From the NCBI RefSeq assembly GCF_964204865.1, contig NC_135261.1, forward strand, positions 9,796,001-9,860,000: a stretch of DNA of 64,000 nucleotides, given 5' to 3'. The DNA is from Styela clava (taxonomy: Eukaryota). Below, piece after piece: positions 37,759-51,233 of the stretch (the stretch's first letter is position 1; every line of letters begins with the position of its first letter). Under the pieces are notes generated by a model. The model ran no database searches, had not been told where the DNA came from, and was given only the letters and a program-made list of their open reading frames with translations. Position numbers and translations under genes: made by a program.

Positions 37759-38383
37759 GGGTCTTACTACTTACTGAATACAGCGCGAAACACCGCAAAG
37801 AGCGCAAAACAGCGCGAAACAGCGCAAAAGAGCGCGAAACAGCGCAAAAGAGAAGAAAACAGCGCGAAACAGAAGGAAACAGCGCAAATTTCCGGCATAT
37901 TTACAAGGTTATGTACCGTATTATAGGTCATCGTGCGAAATTTTATTTACCTTTTTGGTGCTCCAGAAGTATGTGCAGCAATATGTCGCACAACCTGAAT
38001 CCGCTACACACACACATACTATTTTCAGGTTGTGCGCCATCTTGGTGCGCATACTTCTGGAGGTCCCTTTTTACCTAACCCTAACCCTAAAGCCAACCAT
38101 ATCCATATGGAAAATGTTCTAAATTATGGTACCCAAAATGTGTCACCAGCAGGGGCAGACCTGCCATTACAGCATTACTGGCTACATACGTTGGTTTGTG
38201 TTTTTAATTTGCTGCCGTGGTACTCCAACTCAAAACAAGGTGCCCCGAACTCATTGCAGAATTTTTTTCTGCTTCACACTGTTTCCCTCTGTTTTGCGCT
38301 GTTTCCACACTGTTTTGCACTGTTTCCCTCTGTTTTGCGCTCTTTGCGGTGTTTCGCGCTGTATTCAGTAAGTAGTAAGACCG
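37759..38383. mobile_element. Foldback/Mutator-like element with long TIRs made of 10-bp subrepeats
   Basis: GGTCTTACTACTTACTGAATACAGCGCGAAAC... and its reverse complement at the right end; tandem AGCGC(G/A)AAA(C/G) units; 9-bp TSD AATAGAGAC (37750-37758 and 38384-38392). The empty site is visible in the upstream duplicate at about 36913. Confidence 0.88.
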
Positions 38384-38903
38384 AATAGAGACTTCTTTTT
38401 TACGAGAGTTTAGTTCCATTAGGTAAGCATTCAGCAAAATAACGTCGACGGGAGGTAGGCTATTATTATCTGGACAAACATGGTGTGTTCTTATGCATCT
38501 ACAGATCTACGGTCATGTCAGAAACCCTGGTTTTTGACTTTTTGCAACTATTGGTTTATGTTTCATTGGTCCATATATTGGGACGTCTGGGAATTGTACC
38601 ACACTAAAAAAATTAAATCCTAAAAAAGACATCAAACTTTGTTCTGATATTGCTGTATTGTACAATTTGAATTTCAATATTCGTTATTCTTCTATAGAAA
38701 ACCAGTAGACTAGGTGACAAGTATAGCTATATGCTTCACTGTACTGTGCTGTATTAGGTATTTTAGTGTACGAAAGATTATGCTGGAATAACTTCGAATC
38801 AACAATACCCAGGAAGACAAATAAGTTATTCATTTTCTGGCGATAGCGGCTTGTTGGAAAATATTTCGTGGCTGATAGTTAACTGTTAACGTTATATTGA
38901 AAA

Positions 38904-41900
38904 ATGAAGAATTTATTAAATTTTCTATGCATTTTGGTAAGACTTGTTTTGACTTTTTGTTTTGTTTTATCAATTATATATATATATATCTATCGCATGT
39001 TCTTCTTCCCTCTTCCAGTCTTCATGATTTAGGAATATTTTTTCGGTATGTAAGTATATCGAAAGTTCATTTTTAATTTTAAAAGTATGGCAATTTTGGC
39101 AAACGAATATGTTTACAAAAATTGTTGATGTCTTGAAATTTTCGTAAGTACAATGTTTGTGTTTATGGGTATGCAATATAGAAAAAATTGGGTACAGTAA
39201 TTATTGTTTAATAAAAATAACTGTAGGCCTATATAACATAAATTTAACACTAATTTTAATCTATATACCGTAATATATTTTGTTTGCAGGTATTTTTCTC
39301 TTCAACAAATGGAGAACTTGTTGATATTGATAGCAATAATATTGAAACAGTTTTGAGTGAGTAACATACTCTTATTGTGATATTAATTAAAGAATGAATT
39401 TCACATGAAAATATTCTAAGAATGTGTCTTTGTTCTCAGAAATAAGCTCATTACATTCTCTGAAATGACCCTATTTGATATCCTGTACTTCCAGTATTAT
39501 AGTTTTTTAGCATTCCTGAAAAGTATTAAAAATGACAATTGGTAATAACAAGAAATAATATTCAACTTATATTCAAATTGACTGGAGTGAAATCTAATTT
39601 TTCGTTTAAAAAAGACATTTTCTGAAATTAATCATTTTGTCTAAACTCCTACAGTGACCATCAGTATTTATCATTGTTGATTAATAACAGCTAGTTTTGT
39701 AAAAATCACCCAACTTTCCATTTAGATGATGGTAAACCTACAGGGATAGCCGATACTGAATAATCTAATATTCCAAAAACCTTTTGAATCAAATTTCCGA
39801 AGATTGAATATATTCTGAAATAAATCATGTTCAATAGATAACTTAGGCTATAATAAGGACCAGTGTTTATTTAATCAATTTCGCATTGGAAATATAAGAT
39901 TCAAGTTAAGATGAACAGTGATTTGATTGATTCTGTATTTTTAACAGTTTTCGAGACTTCAGTTACTTAATAAAAGGAAAATATTCTAAATTAAAAAAAT
40001 CAAGAATTTTAAATACTGAATAGGCCTATAGTTACTTCCAACTTTCTTTGAATATTCAGTCCAGTCGAACCAACCCAACAGCCAACATTAAACTCTCATT
40101 CAGAATATTATATTTTTTTCAACTTTTTTTAATCTATGTTTACAGATAGCCATGAACTTGTATTTATAAATTTTTATGCCGACTGGTGCCGATTCAGTCG
40201 AATGCTTGCTCCGATATTTAAAGCTGCATCTGATGAAGCGATTAAAAAATTTCCACAAACTGGACTCGTAGCTTTGGGAAGAGTCGATTGCGACAAAAAT
40301 CGTGAGTGAATATGAGAATTTTTTATTTTTTATATAACTTCTGATCGGAGAATACTGCAGTCTGCAGTACATGTCCTTAGTGAAAGAATAAGAAACGTAA
40401 TTTCAGATCTAATACAACTTGAAGCTAAATCGAAACCAAAATAATAATTTGCTATTCCTAACAAATTATGCGAAATAATTTTGATTATACTACGATATTC
40501 TGGTTAAATTCAAAGTTACGCTTAACATACGAGATCACAAATTCTTATATGGTTAAAGATGCAAATTGAGAAATTGAAAATGTGAAATAGTTACCGGTAA
40601 TACAATCATATTTCATCGGGTTTCCATTTATTAAAGTCATAGAGACTTACATGAACTTTTTTTGGTCTGTCTGCTAAATTCACATTCACAAATTTTCAAT
40701 TCAGTTTGAACCTGGTTTTAAAGTCTGTTTTTGTTATAGCATTTTGCCTAAATACCAACAATGTGATATTTCAAAATTGTTGATATTGTATTGTATTCGC
40801 CAAAATGCTCAATTTTTTGGCTGCCCTGATATATCTTATACTGGTATATAAAATTAATGAGAATAAATGAAATTAAGTGTATTTTTTGTTAACTTGACTA
40901 CAAATTTGAATTGCTGTTTCCACCATGTAGCACATATGGTAAGTTTCTTTAATAACTTCAATCCTTTATTTAGTACTAAATTTGTATTTGCAGCTGATAT
41001 TGCGCAAAGGTTCAGCGTCAATAAATATCCAACCATGAAACTTTTTCGAAACGGTCAGATGACCAAAAGAGAATATAGAGGTCAAAGATCAGCTGACGCA
41101 CTTGTGAATTTTTTAAAAGAACAAATGAAAGATCCGATTCATCATTTTGCAACTGAAGAAGAGATGGATGATTTTGAGGTTCGATTCCATTAAAAATTTA
41201 ATTCGTTTTGATTAACATTAATTTATTCATTTCGTCATACTCAGATCTAAATTAAAGCTTGTGACATACTGACTTGTTTCTTTCGTTTTTTAAACTTTTC
41301 TTTTTTATAACGCTCTGAATGCTTTGAATAATCACCTGTAATATGATTGAGTAATATATAGTTTTCAAGCTTTTGATACCAAAACATAGCTTGCTGTTTG
41401 GCTTGATACTTTCGGTAATATGTTGAGGTTATCATAATGGATAACACGAACAGTTGAAGCATACATAAAAATACAATACATATACGTTGTTGCATGATTA
41501 ACTTTCACAAAAATGATGTTATTCTCATCATAGTCAACTGATAAAGATACTGGCCTATATTTTTTGATATGCCATAAGAACTATGGTAGTTTTGTTAGTG
41601 TTTTTTGAAGCAGCTGCGATTTCATTTTAGAGAATGATGTTATTTTAAAAATTAACACCCATGCTATTTTCATTTCATAAATCATTTCTTATCTGTCACA
41701 GTTGTTTATGGAATTTCCTGAATTTTACTTTAAATACTGATATGTTTCTTTTTTTAGGCAAGAAAAAGGTCAATTATTGGATATTTCTCAAGTAAAGATT
41801 CTAAGGATTATGAAACATTCGAGAAAATTGCAAAAAGTCTAAAAGAAGATTGTGATTTCTTCGTTGCCATTGGGTGAGCTTTTTTACTGAAATCTTAGTA

Positions 41901-44900
41901 TTGGTAAGTTGTGTTAAAATTTAAAAGTAATCTCTCATTTATCATGCTTCATGTTTTCAACTGGTATGATTTTTAAAAGATTGGATTTGTTAAATTTTCA
42001 GAGCAAAATATTTTTTCTTCTAGCATGAACAATTTTTGATTATCTGAATTTCCATTTTCAGGGACGTATCTAGTAAAGAACGACAATCTGGAGATAATAT
42101 TATATTCAGGCCTACAGGGGTAAGAAAATGTATTTTTACTCTAATTCGTCTCAATTTGACCAAATAACAGTATTTCTGATTTCCCATAGGTCTGTACATG
42201 GAATTTTTATGCTATTGAATACTGCTAGTGCTAAAAATAGAAAAAATCCTTGTCTAATTCGTGGATTTGAGACAAAATTTGTATACTTTTTTGCATTTAA
42301 CTGGCTGTATTCAATGCAACCACATAGTAGTGGTTTTCTTATTCATATTGCAAGTATTATTTGTCATAATATATCATTTTAAAGTAAAAATAGGAGATAT
42401 GTTTAATTTTTTCTAATATTATTTTACACAATTTCGACATTTTCTGGTAGGTAGTATTCTAATATACTATTAAAGTAGAGTCAGAGATATGTATGTTCAT
42501 TTAATATGAAATCGAAATTGTCTAACAACTGAACTATCTTGTTTTTAAAGGGAGATCCTGACATGGTGTATCTCGGATCACTCAGCAACCACGATCTTCT
42601 AAAAGCCTGGTCAACAGATAAATGTGTACCTTTGGTAAAGTATAGATCCTAAACTATTTGCCAACTCAGGTGTGAGACTTGTGCATCTGTGTAAATAATA
42701 ATATAAACGTCATTCATATATATGTATTGTAGGCTTTAGATTCACAAGAAATACTTCTATCTAACTTATGAATAACTTATAAGTTATATGCAATGGCACT
42801 GTTGTATTTTTATATGATAACTTCTGCTTTACGGCCAAAAAAATTTTATCGCAGTTGAATGCCTTGTAGGTACTGTTTTTGTTTGTGTAAATAGGCACAT
42901 GATAAAGGAAAATCAATACAACTTGAGAACAAATATGACATTCTGTCATATGGATTGACATTTTCTGGAATATTTTTGTCTGTCATAAATATAGAACAAT
43001 AAACATATGCCATAATTGCTGTTTAGTTTGCAAAAAGGATTTTATTAATAATAGTTGGCTTGATTTTTTCTTCATAAACTGATGATTTATCTGTTTAGGT
43101 TCGGGAAATTACTTTCCAAAATGGTGAAGAGTTAACGGAAGAAGGTTTACCATTCCTCATTCTATTTCACAAGAAAGAAGATACAGAATCGTTGGAACTT
43201 TATAAAAAAGTTTTATCGAGGAACCTTATCCATGAGAAAGGTTAGTTATAATGAGATTTTGCGTTACAAGTGTTCTACTTGTGTGTTTGTAATTTATATT
43301 TTCTGAGCTGTCAAAAATGAATGATTGTGATGATTGGAATGATTGTGGAATTGTGAAAAAGTTGAGAATTGAGAATTGAAAAATCATACCGTGAGACTTC
43401 AATTGCTCAAAATGAAACTTAGAAATATTGAATATATGGTAATAACTTCAAAATGATTATAAAATTTGACTCATTTTGAACATATTATGATCTGAATCTA
43501 TTATCAATTACGCTGTTTTCCAACAGAGTATATATTCGGTGGTGGGTTATGTTTTGAATTTCTAACAAAGTTGTAATTTTGATATTACAGACCAAAAAAA
43601 AAAAGATTTTTAAAATATTTCTAACGGAAATTTATGTACCATGTTTCAAAATATTTTCAATACTGTACAAATTGAAATGCTTTATATCTGCAATTAAGTA
43701 TGAACTATATTTACAGTAAAATTTTTGTTTGATTTATTTCTGGTTCATGATTGGCAAGCTCAATATTTATATTTGTTTATGTTCAAAATCATTTGTCTGA
43801 TTTCCACATAGGTATTGTTATCATTAGTTTCCATTGAAATTGCCTCTGGCAGTGTTTTGTTCCTACCAATCCATATTATTGTTCGAGCATTGATTTTTTT
43901 ATTTGTAAACATTTATTTCAAGAACTCCTATTCTATGATTACTTGAGTACCGAGTATGCAGTAGAGTCTCTTTTATGCCCTCAGGCACTTTACTGTCTGT
44001 CATTGATAACTATAATATGGTATCATATTTATAACACCCTATGGCATTAATTACAGGGTTTTAAGTTATTAGTTTTACAACCAGTAACAGTGGCGTTTCA
44101 TTGAATAAAGTATATGTAAAAGATATCATTTATTGATTATTAAATATGATTCTTAATCATTTTATCACCAGTTTTATTGATCTTTTTATTTACATGATAT
44201 TATAAGCTTTTTCGGTTTATATTTGATCACATTCTTTTTAAACAACACAACTTATTATTTATTACACATAAAATATTTTGTTGGAAATTTTTTAAATCAG
44301 GAAAAAGCATTACTATTTTTTGTCATTATAATATAGCATAAACAATAAACATATTTCAATATGTGATCTTCCTACTAGTTATCTGACTATAATTGTATCG
44401 TGTCATACTATAGTACTTCCTAGTTTGTGACTCATTAAAATTGACGCGGTAACTGTTCAAGGAAGTAGCTTTGAATTACCTCGCTTTGGCATAATGGCTC
44501 AATAAAATAATGAAATGGTTGATGAAATGACTCAAACTGAAATGGTTATTTCCAAAAATGGAGGTTATAGTTTAGTTTTTATTTTATTAATATATAATAA
44601 GGAACATACTAATGATACTATTTCATTTTGCAATCTTTTTTTTTCCTCAAAAATTGATCATGTACCTCATAAGCTTGTTGACCTTTATTGCTTACACCCA
44701 AACCAGTACCAGTATTGCTTTAAAAATTTTTGCGTCTTATAGCCTGATTCGCCTTATGTAGGCCTATAAATAAAAAGCTGATCTAAGCAATTTATTGACA
44801 GTGCGACTTATGTTCGGTAAAAATTCGGTACCCAATCTCATTTTTTAATTCAATTTTTCTAATTTAAAATTTAATTTTTTTTAATTTGAAGTCAATTGCG

Positions 44901-47900
44901 GGATAAACTTAGTGAATCGGTCATGCCTGGTGTTTATATTTCTTAAATTTCCTAATGTAATAAATTTTTAATATTCTAAGCGGAGCGACTAACCTATATC
45001 TTATTCTGAATTTCCTATTGATGAATTTATAATGAACTTGCTAGAAAATAAATTATAAATAGGTGTGATTTTTTAATAAATACTACGATGCCATTGCTAC
45101 TTGCTAGTTGTAGTAATTTTGATATTTTTTGTGAATAAGGGTCTGCAGACAGTCCACAGCCGGATATGGACGTACTATAGTTTTTAAGAATCAGAATCTT
45201 CCCGATTCGGCATTGCTTACCAAACTTATTACACTATGGATAAGGTGGGGGGCATGACATTTGAACTCCTAATTTTAACCAGGCTCCAATGCCCAGCCCA
45301 GTTTGCTGTATCTGTTTCCAGTGCTTTGTATCAGTAAATCTATTTAGCTGAGTTGATAACTAATTATATACAAATTTTTCTACTACAGCTCGTGTCAACT
45401 TCCTTGAAGCGGATTGTGATACATTTTCACATCCTCTACATCATCTGGGAAAATCAACTTCCGATTGCCCCCTCATCGCAATAGATTCGTTCAAACACAT
45501 GTACTTGTTCCCAAATTTTAATGATTTGAGGTAAGTGTAATTAAAGAGAAATTTCTACATTTTTCTCCGATTGAATATGACAGATTATTATTGAAGAACA
45601 TTGGCATCTATAGTCAAAGTCCCAGATATTTAAATTCAAATCTCACTGTGGATGTGATGGCTTTTATAATGACTTCTTAAATATTATTATTTGACTTAGG
45701 AAAATGATATTTTTTGCATAATATTTTTTTCTTAAAATACCAATATACCCATCTCTAGAAATCTTGTTATTTTATCGATATATGTCTGCCTGTAATTTCT
45801 GTGTGACAAAATGTTGTATTTATTATAATAATGCTAAAAAGAGTACTAGACGTAAGTGAAAGAAAACAAATGTGAGCACAACTGAAACTAGTTATAGTCT
45901 ATTGAACATTCTTTCTACATTTCTTGATGTTGTAAACAAAATTTTCGTCGATAGTCTTTGAAGTTTAGTATACTCAAAATTTTTTTTCTTGGTATTAGAC
46001 ATAACTTGTGAAGCCACTGAAACCTCTGGCATATACTATAGAAAATATTATAATTTCGATCACCTGAACCCCTAATAAAATATATCTTTTTTGAATGACA
46101 TTCAAAATTCTTTCAAATAACTTATTAAAAATATCTATCGCAAATATAGAATATTGTGGAATGGATATGCTAAATTTAAAATATAGTATACGGTAGTTTG
46201 AAAGTTTTATGCACTGATTGATCATTATTCAACTTGCGTCTTATAGATTTTTCTGGTCTGACCGTGAATACTTTTGTAACATGCTGTGTGCCTGTCGACT
46301 ATTTTTAAGTTTACTTCTGATTTGTGAATGAGTCCTGGACCTGGCATGCGAATGTTTATGGTTTCTCGCTTTGTGTGTTGGAATTTCTGTCTAATATATT
46401 ATATATTACTTTGTATCATTAATGGGAATCTTTGAAGTACCTGTGTTCGAACACTCAGTCTTTAGCACAAGCAAGGCAACATACAACAATGAATTCTATC
46501 TTTTAATGGTTTGGTAGCCCAGTGGTCTTCAAACTTTTCAAGACGTGACCCCGTTTCAAAAAATTATGACGCATGATGAGCATTGGCGCCCCCAAAGTAT
46601 ATTTATTGAAATGAAAAAAAAAATAAAACCAATAAAAACTGACCACACATTTAACCGATTGCTTCTCTTCGCAGAGCTTTTGAGATTGTGGCATAATGTA
46701 GCTTAAGCTTCTTATCGATAGAACTTTTTGACAAACAGCGCATTTAACGTTGGCACTTTATTTTGGTTAAACTTAGCAAAAAATAAAGCAAACGCAACGG
46801 TCGTAGTCCATTACAGTGAAAACACCACAACTGTTTACTGTAAAATTTAAATTATTGTCGTTACACAATAGCCTTATTATAGAAATATCACTCTAATTCA
46901 GAATATCGCTAGTCGGCCTAGTGAAGTGTAGACTGCACACTGTTGTTTATCAGCTCATTCTTTTCCACACGAACCCATTTGTGATCAACATGTCATAATT
47001 ACTTTCTCGTAATTGCTCCTTGTCTGCATGCTTATTATTCGTGTGAAATGTATAGTAAAACTGTGTTATACTGACGTTTTATTTGAAATAAACTGTAATA
47101 TTATTGTCTACTGACAATTTGGTAATATCCAAGACATCACACACACAATAAAATAATAACAGAAGAAAACATCGCCGGACACTCTGCGACCCCATAAATA
47201 TTTAAGGCGACCCCACCTGGGGTCGCGACCCACACTTTGGTGATCACTGTGGTAGCCTATCTAAAAATCGAACTTCAAGCCACTTTCGTTGTCTGATATA
47301 TACCTAATAATTTATTTTCGAATGGAATAAGATATCATATTTGAATAGTTAATTACTTGAAAAACCATAAAGCTTCTATATGCTAATAGTTTTTTATAAG
47401 TGATATTATTCAATTTCTATATCTGTAATTTTCGATTTGTAAACAACTGGGACTTATCAAGTCTTTTTCTTCAATATGTCATATCTAAGATAGACTCTTA
47501 CAGTAAGATATAATAACATACCAACCTATTTTCATACTTGATTTACATATAATCAAATTTTCTATGGGTGAATCATAATTTCCTTCTAATTCCGCAACAA
47601 AGAGGAAGGTGTGCTTTATATTTCCTTTAGAAAAACAAATCACTACCTATATGGTACATAATGCAACTGCACAATATTTCTTGTGCTGTTCAAGATTTAT
47701 GAACACGGGTATACTGCGATGGCCTAATAATTTTGGTAAAGCACACGAGAGCTTTTTTTTAAGCAAGTCAGTCTATTATTCAATCTGGTCCAGCCTATTT
47801 GGTCAAATAGGCTTTTTTGAGCCCATAATTACTGATGTCTCTCCGAATCTAAATAGTTGATAAATAGCTTTATTCACTAATACTTGTCCACAACTGTTTT

Positions 47901-50900
47901 ATTAGCAATCCTATTTACTTTACCTGGTTAACTTCCCGCAGTTTTGAATTTGTTAAAAAGAACTTTTTGTGACCAAACTATTCTCAAGTATAAAAAGCCT
48001 TGTTGTGTGCCGATGATTTGTGCTATTGATTGAGTAGTTGTGTTGTATGAAGGCTGTTAGAGGGGGCAATTTATTAAAGTGATTTTCCTGGATGCTGTAA
48101 ATCTAAATATCTAAATGTGGATGACTTGTCTTATTTTTACAAGGTATGATATGTAGAGTGGGCTGTAGATTCATAATACATCATTTCAATGTCATAATAT
48201 TCATGGTAGCCTACGAGAGTTATGTTTGGTTACAAAATTGGATCATGTTCAAAGTAGATTAATTAAATTATTAGAGGATGTTACTTAGAATGGGCATACT
48301 TGAATAGGTATTTTGAAAGTATTCATTGTGTCCTATATTGACAAGCCTATGCCATTTTGAAATTGCATGTTCACGTAGAATGCATATTACATATTATATC
48401 ATTGTTTTAAATTTTTTTTTTTTTTAAATCACCATTTGGACATCTGTAGATTTATAGTATTACGAAAGGTTTAAAATCAATTTTCATTTATGCACATTTT
48501 ATGGCCATTTATTATTTTTACGTACTTGCTGATATATTAAGAATGTGTTATTTCTTGTTTGCGTCATATCCAATGTAATAAATATCTAATCTGTAGTCTT
48601 ATTTCTGGCAATGTCAATTTATTGCAATAAACTTTATTACTACCTATTTATGGTATATATATTAAAAACATAACAAGATTTTCTTCTGGTGCTAAATGCT
48701 ATGTTATATCATTTTGATGTGATGAGGTAACTTTTATTGAATTCACCCTGGCAGTAATCACTCTTTATTGAGGTACTGCTGACTAATTATTACTATTAAA
48801 CTCTATTTAACCAAGATTACTTACTATTGTGTGTTGGTGACTTTCAAATTTGGTGTTTATTGCGTATTTGTTTCATAGTAATCAAATCCACTTTATTTCG
48901 ATGTAATATCACAATTTATTTATTGACAATTGATCTACTAACCTTTTCTAAAATATAAAACTGAATTTAGGTTTGTGTATACAAGATAATATATGCTGAA
49001 TTTCTTCTTATAAAATTAGACATAAGTTGTACTAACGCTGTTCTAAGGAAAAATTGTACCATAAATTCAATACTTATTTATATGTTGCTTATTCACCCTT
49101 TTGTATATAGGTACTCCCGTAGTATGTGAACCAAGATGGCGGACAGCGGAACGTAGTATGTGTACCAGGTTAGGGTTAAGCCATAATTTCAGGTAAAAAT
49201 ACTGCGAGAGTCACTTGGCTAGTCCCCAAACTCGTAATAGAACTAAAATAAGGAAAATTGGGAATAAAATTAAGGCCCAACCTTAACCTGGTACACATAC
49301 TATACTATGTTCCGGTGTTCGCCATCTTGGTTCCCACACTACAGGAGTACCAATATATAAATTTTTATGTCTCTAGTTTATAAGAAACTCAATTTGGGAC
49401 TGGCTCACACTTCCTCACTGGTTAGTCCAAGCATTTAAACATTTCTATTTTTGGTTGCAGTGTTCCTGGAAAACTAAAGTCGTTTTTGGAAGATCTACAC
49501 TCCGGAAAACTTCACAGAGAATTTCATCATGGACCTGATCAATCTGACAACGCAGCAAAAGAAAATGCACCTCCGGTATGCCTTCAATATTATAATTATT
49601 TGGAATGGTTTGTTGTTACTGGTGTATTGGTGTTTAAGTGTAATTGGTGAAAGAGGTGCAGGTGGTGATATGGTTGGATGATTGGTTGTTTATATTTAAA
49701 AAGGGTCTAATGTTAAAAAAAAAGATATTTAGATATCGCCAATTTTATCAACAATTGCACTTGAGGTCCATACCGTCATCTTCAAGCTTTCGGGTTTTAC
49801 GTGTTGGCATCTGAGAGGCAGAATTTTAAATAAACATGAGTTGACATCAGAGATGGCCAAAACCTAATATTTTACTATTTCGAATACTTCTGAAAAAAAA
49901 ATTTTCCGAATATGAAATATCGAGTGCATTCTAAATTAAGTCTATGTTGAAAATTACATCAATCACTATATCTTCATGTTGATCACATCTGAAATGACAC
50001 AAATATAAAAGGTTTTTGTTTTCTCTGTGTTGTTTGCTACCAATTGAGATATTGCACTTTTGATCTACTTGTCTGACGGCTCCAAATCCCTAATTTTTAA
50101 ATAAAAATGTTTTAAATTATTCCTTTATTCAAAAATTTACTATATCTAATATAATGAATTTCGAAGGTATTCGATTCGTTTTGGACATCTCTGTTTGACC
50201 TGGTGCACTTTTTGTTTTTTTTTAAGTCGGGAGGGGTGGAATTTTTTATTCTTTTTTTTATCGTCTAGCTTGACACCATCGCTTTGAAGCAATTCCCTTA
50301 ACACAGTTTAACCCTATACATTAATAACTAAACTGAAGATTGATCATGACAGTTCTTCGAATATGTAAACAAACATCAAAATTTGTGTCAGTGTTTTCTG
50401 AGATCATCTTCATCAAATTGAAATTGTAAAATCAAATATGCCTCTGTTTTTTGCAAGTCAATATAATACAGATGCGTACTAGGTGACTTCTTCATATGAA
50501 TATTCTGAATATAATATAACCCCTAATTATGTGTTTTTGAATATGGAATGCCACCTCTTGGTAGGCAAAACATTAAGTAAGTTGGTGTTGGTCCAATTAT
50601 GGCGTGAGACTTTTTTACAACAAAAATATCTCGTTTATGATGTTCCTTAACATTTTTTAAAATTCTTGGGGAAAATGTTGATGAACATTTTTGAAAACAG
50701 TTATAAAAGTTTATTCATTATAGCAAAGTAACCAAGTATATTTTCTCAATTATTCGTTTAATACTCTCGGTGGAACTCGTATTGTAAAGCGTTTGACCTG
50801 ATGACCTGTTAAATGATTTTGTATGGGGGTTGTGACTGTGTGTGCTTTCGCTAGTTTCATTATATATAAAAAAAATAGGAAGGAAGAAAAGAATAACCGC

Positions 50901-51233
50901 ATGCTTTATTATTGTCAAATGTGTCAGATAATTTTATTTTTCATACCAACAAAACAACAACACGTAACTCTTTTCTCATTGTTCTTTTTCTGCTTTTCTT
51001 TTTATTGCATGTTCGGTGTCACTCACGTCTGCACTTTCCTCACTTGCCAACTTTTCGTTTTTACACAATTCACATATAAAAAGAAGAAAACACCTCCCGG
51101 AACTGTTGAAAAGATACAGGAAGAAAAGAAGAAACAAGATCCAAAAACTACGCCACCAGAATCCATCTTCAAAAAATTAGAACCGTCAGAACATAGATAT
51201 TCGCTCCTAAAACGGTCGAAGGACGAATTATAA
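38904..51233 (+). CDS. ERP44: Endoplasmic reticulum resident protein 44, isoform A; exons 38904-38936, 39290-39356, 40146-40301, 40994-41178, 41758-41873, 42062-42119, 42551-42634, 43099-43240, 45389-45530, 49461-49575, 51084-51233; about 415 aa
   Basis: Signal peptide, NFYADWCRFS active site, KYPTMKLFRNG..KREYRGQRS, PLVREITFQNGEELTEEGLPFLILFH, HPLHHLGK, IAIDSFKHMY, DLHSGKLHREFHHGPD, and tail PPESIFKKLEPSEHRYSLLKRSKDEL*. All junctions are GT-AG and phase-consistent. Confidence 0.95.
46520..47249. mobile_element. hAT-type MITE in ERp44 intron 9
   Basis: TIRs CAGTGGTCTTCAAAC...CTTTGGTGATCACTG, subterminal GCGACCC motifs and an 8-bp TSD TGGTAGCC (46512-46519 and 47250-47257). Confidence 0.9.
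49110..49351. mobile_element. Palindromic MITE (GGTACTCC...GGAGTACC)
   Basis: About 75-bp imperfect inverted arms. Shares its left end with the interspersed family at about 3960, 13878, 16503, 19668 and 53950. Confidence 0.8.

Larger units (their letters stand above)
36800..38640 (+). repeat. Direct duplication upstream of ERp44 (about 36800-37185 and 37650-38640), each copy with a CCATTAG|GTAAGC donor-like site
   Basis: Shared GACATCAATAATAC...TACGAGAGTTTAGTTCCATTAGGTAAGCATTCAGC...GGGAATTGTACCACACTAAAAAAATTAA. The second copy is interrupted by a TIR element. Confidence 0.85.

Noticed and set aside
38075-38090. Telomere-like TAACCC units
   Set aside because: Only two units, and they are part of MITE-family sequence found elsewhere in the window.
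34322-38383. Tandem repeats as a CRISPR-like array; the 147-bp unit as a nucleosome-positioning signal
   Set aside because: There are no unique spacers and the context is eukaryotic TE sequence. The 147-bp length is most simply coincidence.
50823-51083. Hydrophobic N-terminal part of the 136-aa KDEL ORF as a stand-alone membrane protein
   Set aside because: It is the translated polypyrimidine tract of the ERp44 intron; only 51084 onward is coding.
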